From an uncultured delta proteobacterium (GTDB lineage: Bacteria > Desulfobacterota > Binatia > UBA9968), in assembly GCA_963737905.1 (NCBI GenBank), contig CAVTUQ010000032.1:1-64000 (forward strand): a stretch of DNA of 64,000 bases. The letters run 5' to 3'. The position numbers and the translations under genes are program-made. Under the pieces are notes generated by a model. The model was given only the letters and a program-made list of their open reading frames with translations, ran no database searches and was not told where the DNA came from. Below are positions 10,466 through 20,047 of the stretch, one piece after another (position 1 is the first letter of the stretch; each line of letters begins with the position of its first letter).

Positions 10466-11532
10466 GATTCCTTGCCTGCCGGAGCTTTCGTTCCGAAGTA
10501 AACGTCCATTGAGCCATCGGCATTCTTTTTAAGTCCCGGCGTATTGGAGGAACGGCTGGACCAGTTCATATCGCGGATGAGCGCATGCGTTGCGCGGTCG
10601 TAGGCGGTGGCCGACCAATAGAGCTTGACCGGCACGTTCGGTGGCACATGAAGGCGATAGGTATTGGCGCCGTAGAAAGTCGTTGCCTTCCTTGTCTTCG
10701 ATCGTCATCAGGTAGAACTGGCCTTCGCCCAAGATGATTTAGCGCTGAAATACCCCATGGAAATAGCCGGCGCCGCGGCCATCGACGGGATAGTCATCGG
10801 CCTGGGCGAAATTCGTCTGCAAGCCTTCGAGGCACATCTGCGTCGCGCGGGCAACGCCCAGTGGCTGCCTTCGATTAAAGGGCGTCGAGAAGTGTTTCTC
10901 GTACTTGAGAATTCAGCCACGCATGCGCTTCGCCCGCGGCGTCGCTCAGAATCTTTTGTGTATCTGCGTCGGGGTTGAACGGCTTGCCCCTTTTGATGCC
11001 GATGGTCTTGAGCTGATCGATCATGACCTTGTCGCGTTCCAGCCAAGGCTCTCTCTGCACGAAGCGGTCGAGCGTCTGAAAAAAGCGCACGTCGTAGGGG
11101 ATCGTGCTGTCGAACACAATGTCGACCGCATCGACGAACTTCGTCGGCGGAGGATTAGACTGCTTGCATGAGTGGATAAAACTTGATGCGCTTGCCGTAT
11201 GCGACAGCCTTGGCGATATCGTCCTCGCTGCCGCTCTGGAGGTTGGAGCGAAGGAGCACAAAGCCGGTGTAGAGTTCCCGACGTCAGAGCTATGTAATCG
11301 TCGGAAACGCTTCTGCTTATATCCTGGCGGCAGGATGAGATACTTGCCGCCCTTACCTTTGTCCACACCGGCCGGTCCGACATCCTCGATCGCCGTCTGC
11401 CAAGCCTCGTCGATGCTGCCAGTGATCGACGCTTCCTTGCCCGCGGGCGGAATTTCCAGAACCATCGGCCCGGCGTCCTAGTTCGGTTGGATTAAATGTG
11501 CGCTCAGATTGTGAAGCATCTTGTGCGCTCAT
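10466..11532 (-). pseudogene. DUF1254/DUF1214 protein with multiple frameshifts, internal deletion and missing C-terminus
   Basis: Pieces GPMVLEIPPA, DVGPAGVDKGKGGKYLILPPGY, LKTIGIKRGKPFNPD, GQFYLMTIEDK, VPVKLYWSATAYD in different frames. Confidence 0.75.
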
Positions 11533-11638
11533 GGTCTTTCCTTTCTCCAGAACAATTGATCTCTCACGAAGGACGCGGCCTCCATGCCTCAGCAGTGAAG
11601 CGCGTTCCGCATCTCTCGACCTCATCACTCGCGATCTA

Positions 11639-11726
11639 TCAGTTCCGTCCGGCGTGTGCGCTCGTCATTTTCTCCATCACCTCGCTGAGGCTGAAGCTCG
11701 CCGACTTCTACGGCGGTGGAAACTCC
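11639..11726 (-). pseudogene. C-terminal stub of another arylsulfatase
   Basis: EFPPP*KSASFSLSEVMEKM, homologous to EFPPRQKAASFSIDQVMEKL of the intact sulfatases. Confidence 0.7.
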
Positions 11727-13340
11727 TCATGTCTTCGGCATCAGCTTCTCGACGATCTGGTCGATGCTGAAGCTCGCCGCCTTCTGCCGCGGAGGGAATT
11801 CCTGGAAGCTCTCGAGCCATTGGTGGACGACCGCCTGCGCGGCGTACTGGTATGGGATGTGCTCAACGAACCAGTCGTTGTACTTGAAGCTTTCCTCGCC
11901 GCGCTCGAACGGATCGGAGCGAAGGTCGAACATCTTGGGGATGCGCAGCTGCGAAAGCGGCTCGCGCCAGACGTCGAGTCCCTTGCTGCGCTGTTCGGCG
12001 AACACGATCTTGAATTGATTGATGCGCAGCCCCATCAGATCACCGTCGTCGCTCCAGTAGAGGAACCCCTTGCGCGGCGATTCCTTTTCCTTCCCGGCAA
12101 GGAAGCGCTGAAGGTTGACGCCATCGAGGTGGACCTTGAAGGTCTTGCCGCCGATGTCGTAGCCCTTCTTCACCTTTTCGACGAGATCAGGCTCGCCGGC
12201 GGACGCCGCGAACGTCGGAATAAAGTCCTGCAGCGAACAGATGTCGTTGATCACTCGTTCCGGCTCGATGACGCCGGGCCAGCGCATGACGCACGGGATG
12301 CGCCAGCCACCCTCCCAGTTGGTGTCTTTCTCGCCGCGAAACGGCGTGGCGCCGCCATCGGGCCACGAAAGCACTTCGGCGCCGTTGTCGGTGGTGAAGA
12401 CGACGATTGTGTTGTCAGCGACGCCGAGGTCATCGAGCTTCTTCAACAGCTGACCGACATAGCCGTCGAGTTCCACCATGCCGTCCGGATACAGGCCATG
12501 TCCGGTCTTGCCCACGGATGACGGCTTCAGATGTGTGAAGACGTGCATCCGCGTCGGGTTGAAATAGCACAGCCACGGCTGCCCTTCCTTGGTCTTGCGA
12601 TCCATGAAATCGAGCGCGGCCGCGATGAACTCCTCGTCCACCGTTTCCATCCGCTTCCGGGTCAGCGGGCCGGTGTTCTCGATCGTCTGCTTGCCGACCT
12701 TGCCGAATACCGGGTCGACGGTCGTATCGTCCTTGTCGGTGGCCTTGCACTTGAGCACGCCGCGTGGACCGAACTTCTTCCGGAAATTCGGGTCCTTCGG
12801 GTAATCGGCGTATTCCGGCTCCTCTTCCGCGTTCAGGTGGTAGAGGTTGCCGAAAAACTCGTCGAAGCCGTGCACGGTGGGCAGGTGCTCGTTCCGATCG
12901 CCGAGATGGTTCTTGCCAAACTGGCCGGTGGCGTAGCCGAGGTTTTTCATGAACTGCGCGACCGACGGGTCCTCCGCCGACAGCCCAAGCGTTGCGCCCG
13001 GCAGGCCGACCTTGGTGAGGCCGGTGCGGATCGGCGATTGTCCGGTGATGAAGGCGGCGCGGCCCGCGGTGCAGCTCTGCTGCCCGTAGAAGTCGGTGAA
13101 CAGCGCGCCTTCCCTGGCGATGCGGTCGATGTTCGGCGTGCGGTAGCCCATGATGCCAAGGTTGTAGCAACTGACGTTGAACCAACCGATGTCGTCGGCC
13201 ATGATAACCAGGATGTTGGGCTTGCCCTGAGCACCACCGAAGGGTTTTTTCTCTTCTTGCCTCGCTATTTGTCTTCTTCTCCTACGTGACGTTGCAGGTG
13301 AGCGCTTTCCTGAAACCGTTCTTCCAGAGCGTGTTGCCAT
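11727..13340 (-). CDS. Arylsulfatase 2 (Cys-type)
   Basis: KPNILVIMADDIG, QSCTAGR, GKNHLG, TTDNG, WEGGWRIP; AGGAGG ribosome-binding site. Confidence 0.95.
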   Translation of the reverse strand: MATRSGRTVSGKRSPATSRRRRRQIARQEEKKPFGGAQGKPNILVIMADDIGWFNVSCYNLGIMGYRTPNIDRIAREGALFTDFYGQQSCTAGRAAFITGQSPIRTGLTKVGLPGATLGLSAEDPSVAQFMKNLGYATGQFGKNHLGDRNEHLPTVHGFDEFFGNLYHLNAEEEPEYADYPKDPNFRKKFGPRGVLKCKATDKDDTTVDPVFGKVGKQTIENTGPLTRKRMETVDEEFIAAALDFMDRKTKEGQPWLCYFNPTRMHVFTHLKPSSVGKTGHGLYPDGMVELDGYVGQLLKKLDDLGVADNTIVVFTTDNGAEVLSWPDGGATPFRGEKDTNWEGGWRIPCVMRWPGVIEPERVINDICSLQDFIPTFAASAGEPDLVEKVKKGYDIGGKTFKVHLDGVNLQRFLAGKEKESPRKGFLYWSDDGDLMGLRINQFKIVFAEQRSKGLDVWREPLSQLRIPKMFDLRSDPFERGEESFKYNDWFVEHIPYQYAAQAVVHQWLESFQEFPPRQKAASFSIDQIVEKLMPKT

Positions 13341-13384
13341 GTGATCCTCCTTCTTCTAGTGGTTGGGTGCTGCCCTCAGTTGGG

Positions 13385-13461
13385 ACGCGTTATTGTTGAC
13401 CCGCCCATGTCGTCGCCGATGATGAAAAGACTGTTCGGTTTGTTTTGTTCTGCTTGGCCAT
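13385..13461 (-). pseudogene. N-terminal stub of another arylsulfatase
   Basis: RBS and ATG (MAKQNK), then in a shifted frame KPNSLFIIGDDMGG; ends abruptly. Confidence 0.6.
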
Positions 13462-13520
13462 ATCGTTTTCCTTTCATTTATTCGATTTCTCGCAGACTGA
13501 CGTTTCATATTATCTGACCG

Positions 13521-14927
13521 CTAGAAGTCAATCTTGACCCGGAGCCCCGGCACGACGCCGGTCTGGATGTTCGGTCCGGGAGTGAGCAATGTGCCGAAGG
13601 TTTTTCTCGATGGACTGATGATCTGAAGATCCGGTGTGACGTGAAGCCAGGGAAAAACTTCGACGTTGTAAAAAAATTCCACTCCCTGCTCGTGATCCAA
13701 ACTCAATCGCCGGCGAAGTACGACAGGAATGTCGCCGCTAAATTTGTGGTAATAATACCCGATGCCAAATCGATCTTGATCGCGCGTAGGGATGATTCCT
13801 TTGCCGCCAAAACCAAAACTATAGAACTGCTGAAACGCGCTCGTCCTCGGATTCGCTACTCCAGCGCGAAAAAAGATCCCAAAGCCTCGAGTAGGATTTA
13901 GCTTGTCCTGAAATAAATACTGATCGAAATTGTAGTAAACCGCCCAGTTGTTTGAAGTTGTTTCGAGGGGCGTGCCGAAGAGAATGTTTCTGATGATCGT
14001 CCGCCGGTCTTGCGGCAGAAGCGTGAATGGCTTGTTGGCCCAGGCCGTACCGAGCAACTGATGACCCGTCAAACCAAAAGTCCGAACCGTGACTCGCACC
14101 TCATTGGTCAGAGTAGTGGGGTCTTCAACCAAGGTCTTGAACCCAGCGGTGTTAGGCAGTCCTTGGGTGTCGACGACGGCGAAGGCATACTCGACATCTT
14201 TGTGGAGGAAGAACAGAAAACTCATTCCCAACGGCGCATACGGTGCAAGTGTAATTACTACCGGATTGAACGAGAAGGCCAAATTCATGAACTTGTTGTC
14301 CCCCCGGCCATGGGCGAACTCGTTGGCGTCGCCCCCGGTGGTGTCGAGTTTTCCGATGACCAGCGCGAACCAATCAGCCAAATACTGGGTAAAGTAAAGG
14401 TGTGGAAGAATGAACTCGTCTATCGCCGGTGCGGTCATCGAGAGTAAGGTATTGACCGGAAGAATGCCTCCAGAGTACGGGTTGACCGTGTTTCCAAAGG
14501 GCACCTGAGCTTCAACGACCAGAGACCCTCCGGGCCAAAGTCCCAATTTCTGAGAGTCCAGCCTCAGCACCATGTCGGTTGAGCCGCTATATCGCCCAGT
14601 TCGGTTCGTGCCTCCGCTGGCGACACCTTGATAGATCTGCGTCACGTTAAAATCGAATTGCACGCCGTGATCTGCCAGCTTCGACCTGAGCCCGCCCCAA
14701 TCCCCTGTGAGATAGGAGCGCGACCAAAAATCGCCGCCGTAGTTCGGCACCGGATATATCGTAAAGCTTGAACTCGTAGTCGGAGTTTTGTCCGGCTGAT
14801 TTTCCTCTACGGCTTCCCTCGGCGTCAGTGTCTCCTCCTGTGCCGCGCAGGCTCGCCCCAGCGCAAGGAACACAATTACGCCCATCGCAGTAACCGACCA
14901 GAGATCTAACGCCTCACATCGCGTCAT
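13521..14927 (-). CDS. OprB-family carbohydrate-selective porin
   Basis: LTGDWGGLRSKLADHGV, YYNFDQYL, RDQDRFGIGY, EFFYN..PWLHVTPDLQ; C-terminal Phe. Confidence 0.9.
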   Translation of the reverse strand: MTRCEALDLWSVTAMGVIVFLALGRACAAQEETLTPREAVEENQPDKTPTTSSSFTIYPVPNYGGDFWSRSYLTGDWGGLRSKLADHGVQFDFNVTQIYQGVASGGTNRTGRYSGSTDMVLRLDSQKLGLWPGGSLVVEAQVPFGNTVNPYSGGILPVNTLLSMTAPAIDEFILPHLYFTQYLADWFALVIGKLDTTGGDANEFAHGRGDNKFMNLAFSFNPVVITLAPYAPLGMSFLFFLHKDVEYAFAVVDTQGLPNTAGFKTLVEDPTTLTNEVRVTVRTFGLTGHQLLGTAWANKPFTLLPQDRRTIIRNILFGTPLETTSNNWAVYYNFDQYLFQDKLNPTRGFGIFFRAGVANPRTSAFQQFYSFGFGGKGIIPTRDQDRFGIGYYYHKFSGDIPVVLRRRLSLDHEQGVEFFYNVEVFPWLHVTPDLQIISPSRKTFGTLLTPGPNIQTGVVPGLRVKIDF

Positions 14928-15272
14928 CGATCACCTTGCGTATTAGATTTTTGCGTTTGCGATTTTCATGCGGGAAGCATGTTTGGCGCACCGTAGGGAC
15001 GTCAAAAAAATATTGTTCCGTCTTTTGAAACTTGGCGCACTTTGCCCGTTTGCGCAAGTCGTCTCCTGTGCTGTGAACCAAATATTCGACGGCGGCTTGA
15101 TTATGCCGTTTTCGATCTGAAGATCATCTGAGATGATGCATGTGCCAGTGATTTTGCACCCGTTTAGAGAAGCTTTTCGGTCGCCCTAGGAAAAAAATAC
15201 CTGTTCCTATTTCAGAGCGTGCGACAAGTTCTTTTGAGCCTGATCCCACTGGAAGACCGACTTGGCGAGCAG

Positions 15273-15385
15273 ATACAAAAGAATTGCTGTGGGGCGAGCT
15301 TTTGGTCCGGAAAGTTAGCGCTGGCGACGACCATCGCGACCCCGGGATGACGGGCGGCCGACGCCAGCGCTGATGACCGGAGCGT
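15273..15385 (-). pseudogene. Stub duplicated from a bile acid:Na+ symporter gene
   Basis: Near-identical DNA to about 28832-28940 (AARHPGVAMVVASANFPDQKLAP). Confidence 0.75.
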
Positions 15386-15437
15386 GCTGGCGGGGCAAAT
15401 GTGAAATTCGTGGCTGTTTGGCAGATTGCAGGCATGC

Positions 15438-15560
15438 TCATTCCACGTCGAGTATGACATCGATGGCGATCGCAACCGCAACCGTGAAACAGATAATGTG
15501 TAACCAGCTGCGATACTTGCTGCCAGCCATGGCGTAGCCGGCCAGCAGCGCGCTGGTGAA
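15438..15560 (-). pseudogene. Stub of a DUF4239/bestrophin-like membrane protein
   Basis: ALLAGYAMAGSKYRSWLHIICFTVAVAIAIDVILDVE. Confidence 0.45.
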
Positions 15561-15801
15561 AGCAGATCCACCCGTAGATAGGCCGTGCCTATGGCATTGG
15601 TCCCCTCGACGATCAACTGGCGCCGCGCATCGAATCGCGATGCGGCACCGGCAAAGGCGAACGCGGCTCACTGCTTGGCGAGGGCGATCCGCATCTGGGC
15701 CTCCTAATCCTCGACTTGTTCGCCACTCACGTCGACGATGACCCGCTTGATCGCTCCGGTGAAACGGAAGGGCGGCTTGACATGAAGCGTTGACGATCAG
15801 T

Positions 15802-15822
15802 GAGTAAGACGTTATCTTACTC
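15802..15822 (+). promoter_or_regulatory. Toxin-antitoxin operator palindrome
   Basis: GAGTAAGA-cgtta-TCTTACTC immediately before the antitoxin ATG. Confidence 0.7.
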
Positions 15823-15825
15823 CTC

Positions 15826-16077
15826 ATGAAGACAACCGTTTCCACGAAAGGCCAAATCATTCTCCCGGCTGAAATACGGCAGCGTGATGCAATCGAGCCG
15901 GGGCAAGAATTCGAGGTCGAACGCATCGACCGCGGCGAATATCGGCTGAAACGAAAGGAGCGGCGCCGGAATGAAGGCTTGGTGAAACTGCTGCTCGCCT
16001 GTCCGGTCAAAGGTTGGTTCAGGCCGATAGATCGCAGAGAAACAACCGACCAGATAAGAGCACCTAAGCTCTCATGA
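15826..16077 (+). CDS. AbrB/MazE/SpoVT-family antitoxin
   Basis: MKTTVSTKGQIILPAEIR swapped-hairpin motif; ATGA overlap with the PIN toxin gene. Confidence 0.92.
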   Translation: MKTTVSTKGQIILPAEIRQRDAIEPGQEFEVERIDRGEYRLKRKERRRNEGLVKLLLACPVKGWFRPIDRRETTDQIRAPKLS

Positions 16078-16481
16078 CTTACCTGGTCGATGCTAACGTG
16101 CTCAGCGAGCCGACGAAGCCCGCGCCAAGTAGCAAAGCCATTGATTGGTTGAGAGCTAACGAGGGGAATCTTGTTGTGGACTCTATCATTCTGGGCGAAC
16201 TGTGCGTCGGCATTCTTTCGCTTCCGCCGGGACGTAAGCAGAGACAGCTCGAACAGTGGTTTGGGGATGTAGTGCAGACGATAGATTGCCTGCCTTGGGA
16301 CGCTACGATCAGCCAACGCTGGGCCAAACTGGTGGTGGATTTGAAGCGGGAGGGAGACACGTTGCCCCTGCTGGACAGCATGATCGCGGCAACGGCGCTT
16401 GAGCACGACCTCACTGTTGCCACGCGTAACACACGCGATTTCGAACGAGCGGGCGTAAAGGTGCTGGATCCTTTCGCATGA
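16074..16481 (+). CDS. vapC: VapC PIN-domain toxin
   Basis: YLVDANVLSE, LDSMIAATALEHDLTVATRNTRDF. Confidence 0.93.
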   Translation: MTYLVDANVLSEPTKPAPSSKAIDWLRANEGNLVVDSIILGELCVGILSLPPGRKQRQLEQWFGDVVQTIDCLPWDATISQRWAKLVVDLKREGDTLPLLDSMIAATALEHDLTVATRNTRDFERAGVKVLDPFA

Positions 16482-16667
16482 TGCTGCCAATGCCCATTTC
16501 ATGTCTCTTCCCTTGTCACTCGACCCTCGTCCCTCGCCACTCAAAAAATGATGGGCAAGAAAGTGATCGGAGGAGGCTGGCACATCCTTCGGCAGCGCCT
16601 ATAATTGCCGCAAAAAACTCGCTCCTCGACTCTGGCGCGACATAGATATCTCGCGCAAAGCGGCCGG

Positions 16668-18836
16668 TTATGCCTTGTAAGCTACCCGCGCCACCGCATC
16701 CTCAGGAGGAGCGCCGGCATTCCCGCCGTCTGTACCATGAACCGGCAACATCCCGGTCTCCAGGGGCGGCGCGGGCGGCAACCCCGTGACCTCCAGGATC
16801 TCCTTCTCGTTGAGGGTCTCCCGCGCTACCAGGGCTTCGGCGAGCAGGTCGAGTTGCTTACGGTGCGCGGTTAGAAGACGCCTGGCCTCTTCGTGGCCCT
16901 CGCCGATGATCTTGCGCACCTCGGCATCGACGGCTTCGGCGGTGTCCTCGCTGAACGGTCTCGCGCCTCCGTAACCGGCAGGGCCGTTCAGGTAGGGGTT
17001 CTCGCGGGGTGCGAGCTGCACCAACCCGAGCCGATCGCTCATGCCCCAGCGAGTGACCATCCCGCGGGCCAGGGCAGTAGCTTGCTCGATATCGCTTTCT
17101 GCCCCGGTCGTCTTGGTGCCGTAGACAATCTCCTCGGCCGCGCGGCCTCCCAGCATTCCGACGATCCTCGCGCGCAGATAGGCTTCCGGATAATTGTAGC
17201 GATCGGAGTCGGGGCGCTGATACGTCACGCCGAGCGCCTGACCGCGCGGCACGATCGTCACCCGGTTCACCGGGTCGGCGCCGGGCACCACCAGGCCCAG
17301 GATAGCGTGTCCGCCCTCGTGATAGGCGATGCGTTCCTTGTCGGCGTGGGTCAAGAGGAGCGGCCGCTCGGGGCCGAGCACGATTTTCTCGAGGGCGTCC
17401 AGGAAGTCCTTGTGACGCACGTCGTCCTGCCCGCGCCGGGCCGCCAGCAGCGCCGCTTCATTGACCAGGTTTTTTAAATCCGCCCCGGAGAACCCCGGCG
17501 TCGTGGCGGCAATCTCCGCTAAGCTTGCATCCTTTGCGAGCGGGACATTGCGGGTGTGGACCTTGAGGATCGCCTCGCGCCCGGTCTTATCCGGGAGGTT
17601 AACCACCACGCGCCGATCGAAGCGTCCGGGCCGCAGGAGCGCTTTGTCGAGCACCTCCGGCTGGTTGGTCGCTGCCAGCACGATGATACCCTCGCGGCTG
17701 GAGAAGCCGTCCATTTCGGTGAGGATTTGGTTCAAGGTCTGCTCCTGCTCGCTCGAACCCCCGATCGCCACTTGCCCGCGTGCGCGACCAATGGCGTCCA
17801 GCTCATCAATGAAGACGATCGCGGGCGCATTCTCTCGCGCTTGCTTGAAGAGGTCTCGGACGCGGGCAGCGCCCACGCCCACGATCATCTCTACGAACTC
17901 CGCGGCGCTCATAGAGAAGAAAGGCACCCCCGCCTCTCCCGCTACCGCCTTCGCCAGTAAGGTTTTCCCGGTCCCCGGCGCACCCACGAGCAGCACGCCT
18001 TTTGGAGCGGTTCCACCCAGGCGAGTGTATTTCTTCGGATCCCTGAGAAAATCCACGATCTCGACCAGCTCGTTCTCGGCTTCGTCGATACCGGCGACGT
18101 CATCGAAGGTCACCTTCGTATCCTTCTCCTGGTCGTATCGGCGCGCCTTGCTCCTACCGATGCCCATGAGCCCGCCCATGCCACCACCCTGTTGCGCTGC
18201 GCGGCGGAACATCCAGACGTAAAATCCTATGAAGAGCAGGGCCGGACCAAACCCGAACAGGAGATTCAACACGGGGTTGCCGCCTTCTTCGATCGGTTTG
18301 GCGCTGATCTCGACCCCATGGTCGATCAAAAAACTTTCCAACCCGGGATCTACGAAGGAAGGCACGGTAGTTGTAAAGTGACTCACCGCTTTGGACGCGC
18401 CCCGTGGAGCCGCAGCGCCCTCGCTCGCTGTTTTGGGCTCCGCGCTAGTGGGTGCCACACTTTTTTCATCTGCCTTTTTGGAATCGCGGTTGGGAGCCGC
18501 ACTTTTATCGCTCGCCTGCGGGTAGGTGACCGGCACCTTGAAGCGGCCGGTGATGGTCTCGCCCTGGCTGTGGATCGCCTCGACGTTGCCGTTGGCGACC
18601 TCTTTTTTGAAAAATGTATACGGCACTGTGACCGGCGCGTCCGGGCTCGGCACGAAGAATCTCATCAGCAAGTAGTTCGCGAGCAAGATGCCCAAGAACC
18701 ACAGCCAGGTTCTGCCCGGCGGCACCGTCACCTTCCCGGTACCCTTCGGGGCTCCGGGTTTATTGTTGGCAGGCTGGAATCGACCTGCCGGCGTGGCGTC
18801 GCTGTTACGTCGTGTCTGCTGTCCCGTCAAATTCAT
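16668..18836 (-). CDS. ftsH: ATP-dependent zinc metalloprotease FtsH, paralog 1
   Basis: Two TM helices, GAPGTGKT Walker A, IVFIDE Walker [16 protein letters not shown] zinc motif. Confidence 0.96.
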   Translation of the reverse strand: MNLTGQQTRRNSDATPAGRFQPANNKPGAPKGTGKVTVPPGRTWLWFLGILLANYLLMRFFVPSPDAPVTVPYTFFKKEVANGNVEAIHSQGETITGRFKVPVTYPQASDKSAAPNRDSKKADEKSVAPTSAEPKTASEGAAAPRGASKAVSHFTTTVPSFVDPGLESFLIDHGVEISAKPIEEGGNPVLNLLFGFGPALLFIGFYVWMFRRAAQQGGGMGGLMGIGRSKARRYDQEKDTKVTFDDVAGIDEAENELVEIVDFLRDPKKYTRLGGTAPKGVLLVGAPGTGKTLLAKAVAGEAGVPFFSMSAAEFVEMIVGVGAARVRDLFKQARENAPAIVFIDELDAIGRARGQVAIGGSSEQEQTLNQILTEMDGFSSREGIIVLAATNQPEVLDKALLRPGRFDRRVVVNLPDKTGREAILKVHTRNVPLAKDASLAEIAATTPGFSGADLKNLVNEAALLAARRGQDDVRHKDFLDALEKIVLGPERPLLLTHADKERIAYHEGGHAILGLVVPGADPVNRVTIVPRGQALGVTYQRPDSDRYNYPEAYLRARIVGMLGGRAAEEIVYGTKTTGAESDIEQATALARGMVTRWGMSDRLGLVQLAPRENPYLNGPAGYGGARPFSEDTAEAVDAEVRKIIGEGHEEARRLLTAHRKQLDLLAEALVARETLNEKEILEVTGLPPAPPLETGMLPVHGTDGGNAGAPPEDAVARVAYKA

Positions 18837-19012
18837 GATCACCTCCTGGGGTGCGCCCTGGTTAGTAACGGCTAGAGAGATCCTCGCAGAACGCAGGGAA
18901 TATGTTGACGCCTATCACCTGCACTATTTCGTAACAAGACAGGTTCACCACCACCAAGCATTTCGCTGCTCGCACAGTTTTAGACCAGTGACGAGGAACA
19001 AAACCGCGGTTC

Positions 19013-19251
19013 AGCAGAACGTTGGGCGCGCCCTCGGGCGCCGACGGCATCGATGGCACCTCAGCCTCGGAGTCCGTGTAATAGGTCCCGATTCGTCCCT
19101 GAAATTTGCGTTCGGGAAGCGGCAAAATATCTGAAAGCAGCGCGCGCGCCCCAATCCGGTTACCGTTACTTTTCGCCTTGGCCTTTGACCGGCCGGGCGT
19201 CCTCTTCACTGATAATTTCTTGCTCTGCGCCACTAGTCTATTCTCCTTCAA
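19013..19251 (-). pseudogene. N-terminal stub of an arylsulfatase
   Basis: LPLPERKFQGRIGTYYTDSEAEVPSMPSAPEGAPNVLL matches the start of sulfatase 3 (FPGRMGRTIGESEPAWP...EGAPNVLF), then unrelated sequence. Confidence 0.7.
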
Positions 19252-19348
19252 GCTCGCTTAGATTTTTGTTTGATCATTTCGAGAATCGCATTACACACTT
19301 GCGGGCTCCTGCACGACGCCTTTCATCTTGCAATATCACCGTACTGTT

Positions 19349-19366
19349 CATATGGTTTTCCATATG
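19349..19366 (+). promoter_or_regulatory. Operator palindrome of TA module 2
   Basis: CATATGG-TTTT-CCATATG overlapping the antitoxin start codon. Confidence 0.7.
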
Positions 19367-19535
19367 AAGACGACGCTCAACATCGACGACACGGTCATGG
19401 CCCAACTCGCGCGGGCTGTTTCGTTCTCAAAAAAAACCTGATGATGTTCCGTCCTTGCCCACATTCCACAGCGGCGGCACGCGAGTCGAGGTTGCGGACC
19501 GGGATGCGTTATACCAGGCGATGGAAGGGCGCTAG
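19364..19535 (+). pseudogene. VapB-type RHH antitoxin with disrupted middle
   Basis: MKTTLNIDDTVMAQL ... LPTFHSGGTRVEVADRDALYQAMEGR*; the reading frame is broken between these parts. Confidence 0.7.
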
Positions 19536-19980
19536 TGCTCCTCGTCGACACGAACATCCTGGTTTACGCCTCAGACGCCGACTCGCCGTTCCACGCGGCC
19601 TGTCGCGGCTGGTTGGAGCGCCAGCGCAGACGCGCGGACGCGCGGATGCCTGGTATACGACCTGGTCGATTCTTTACGAGTTTCTGCGCGTGACCACCCA
19701 CCCGCGTGTCATGCGCCAACCCTGGAACGTAACGGAGGCTTGGAGCTTCGTCCAAGCGATGCTTGCCTCCCCGGGCCTCGGCATACTGGTGCCGACGGAG
19801 CGACACCCGATGGTTGCGGAGCAGGTTTTCGGAGAAACTTCTCACCTCGCAGGCAACCTGCTGTACGACGCGCACACGGCCATCCTCATGCGTGAACATG
19901 GAATTCGGCAAATTTGCACTCGAGATGCCGACTTTCACCGTTTTCCTTTTCTCGAAGTCATCGACCCTCTGCAAGCTTAG
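19535..19980 (+). pseudogene. vapC: VapC PIN toxin frameshifted by an 8-bp duplication
   Basis: GTG-LLVDTNILVYA..., then GACGCGCG x2 at 19629-19644, then LYEFLRVTTHPR...YDAHTAILMREHG...TRDADFHRF. Confidence 0.8.
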
Positions 19981-20047
19981 CCACACGTCTACTCGAACGT
20001 TCGCTGATTTCGCTTTTCAGAAAAAAAATTGGCCTACGACGTCCGTT

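Noticed and set aside
15438-16583. 381-aa minus-strand ORF
   Set aside because: It overlaps the well-supported VapBC module in antisense; only its last ~40 codons look like a real gene stub.
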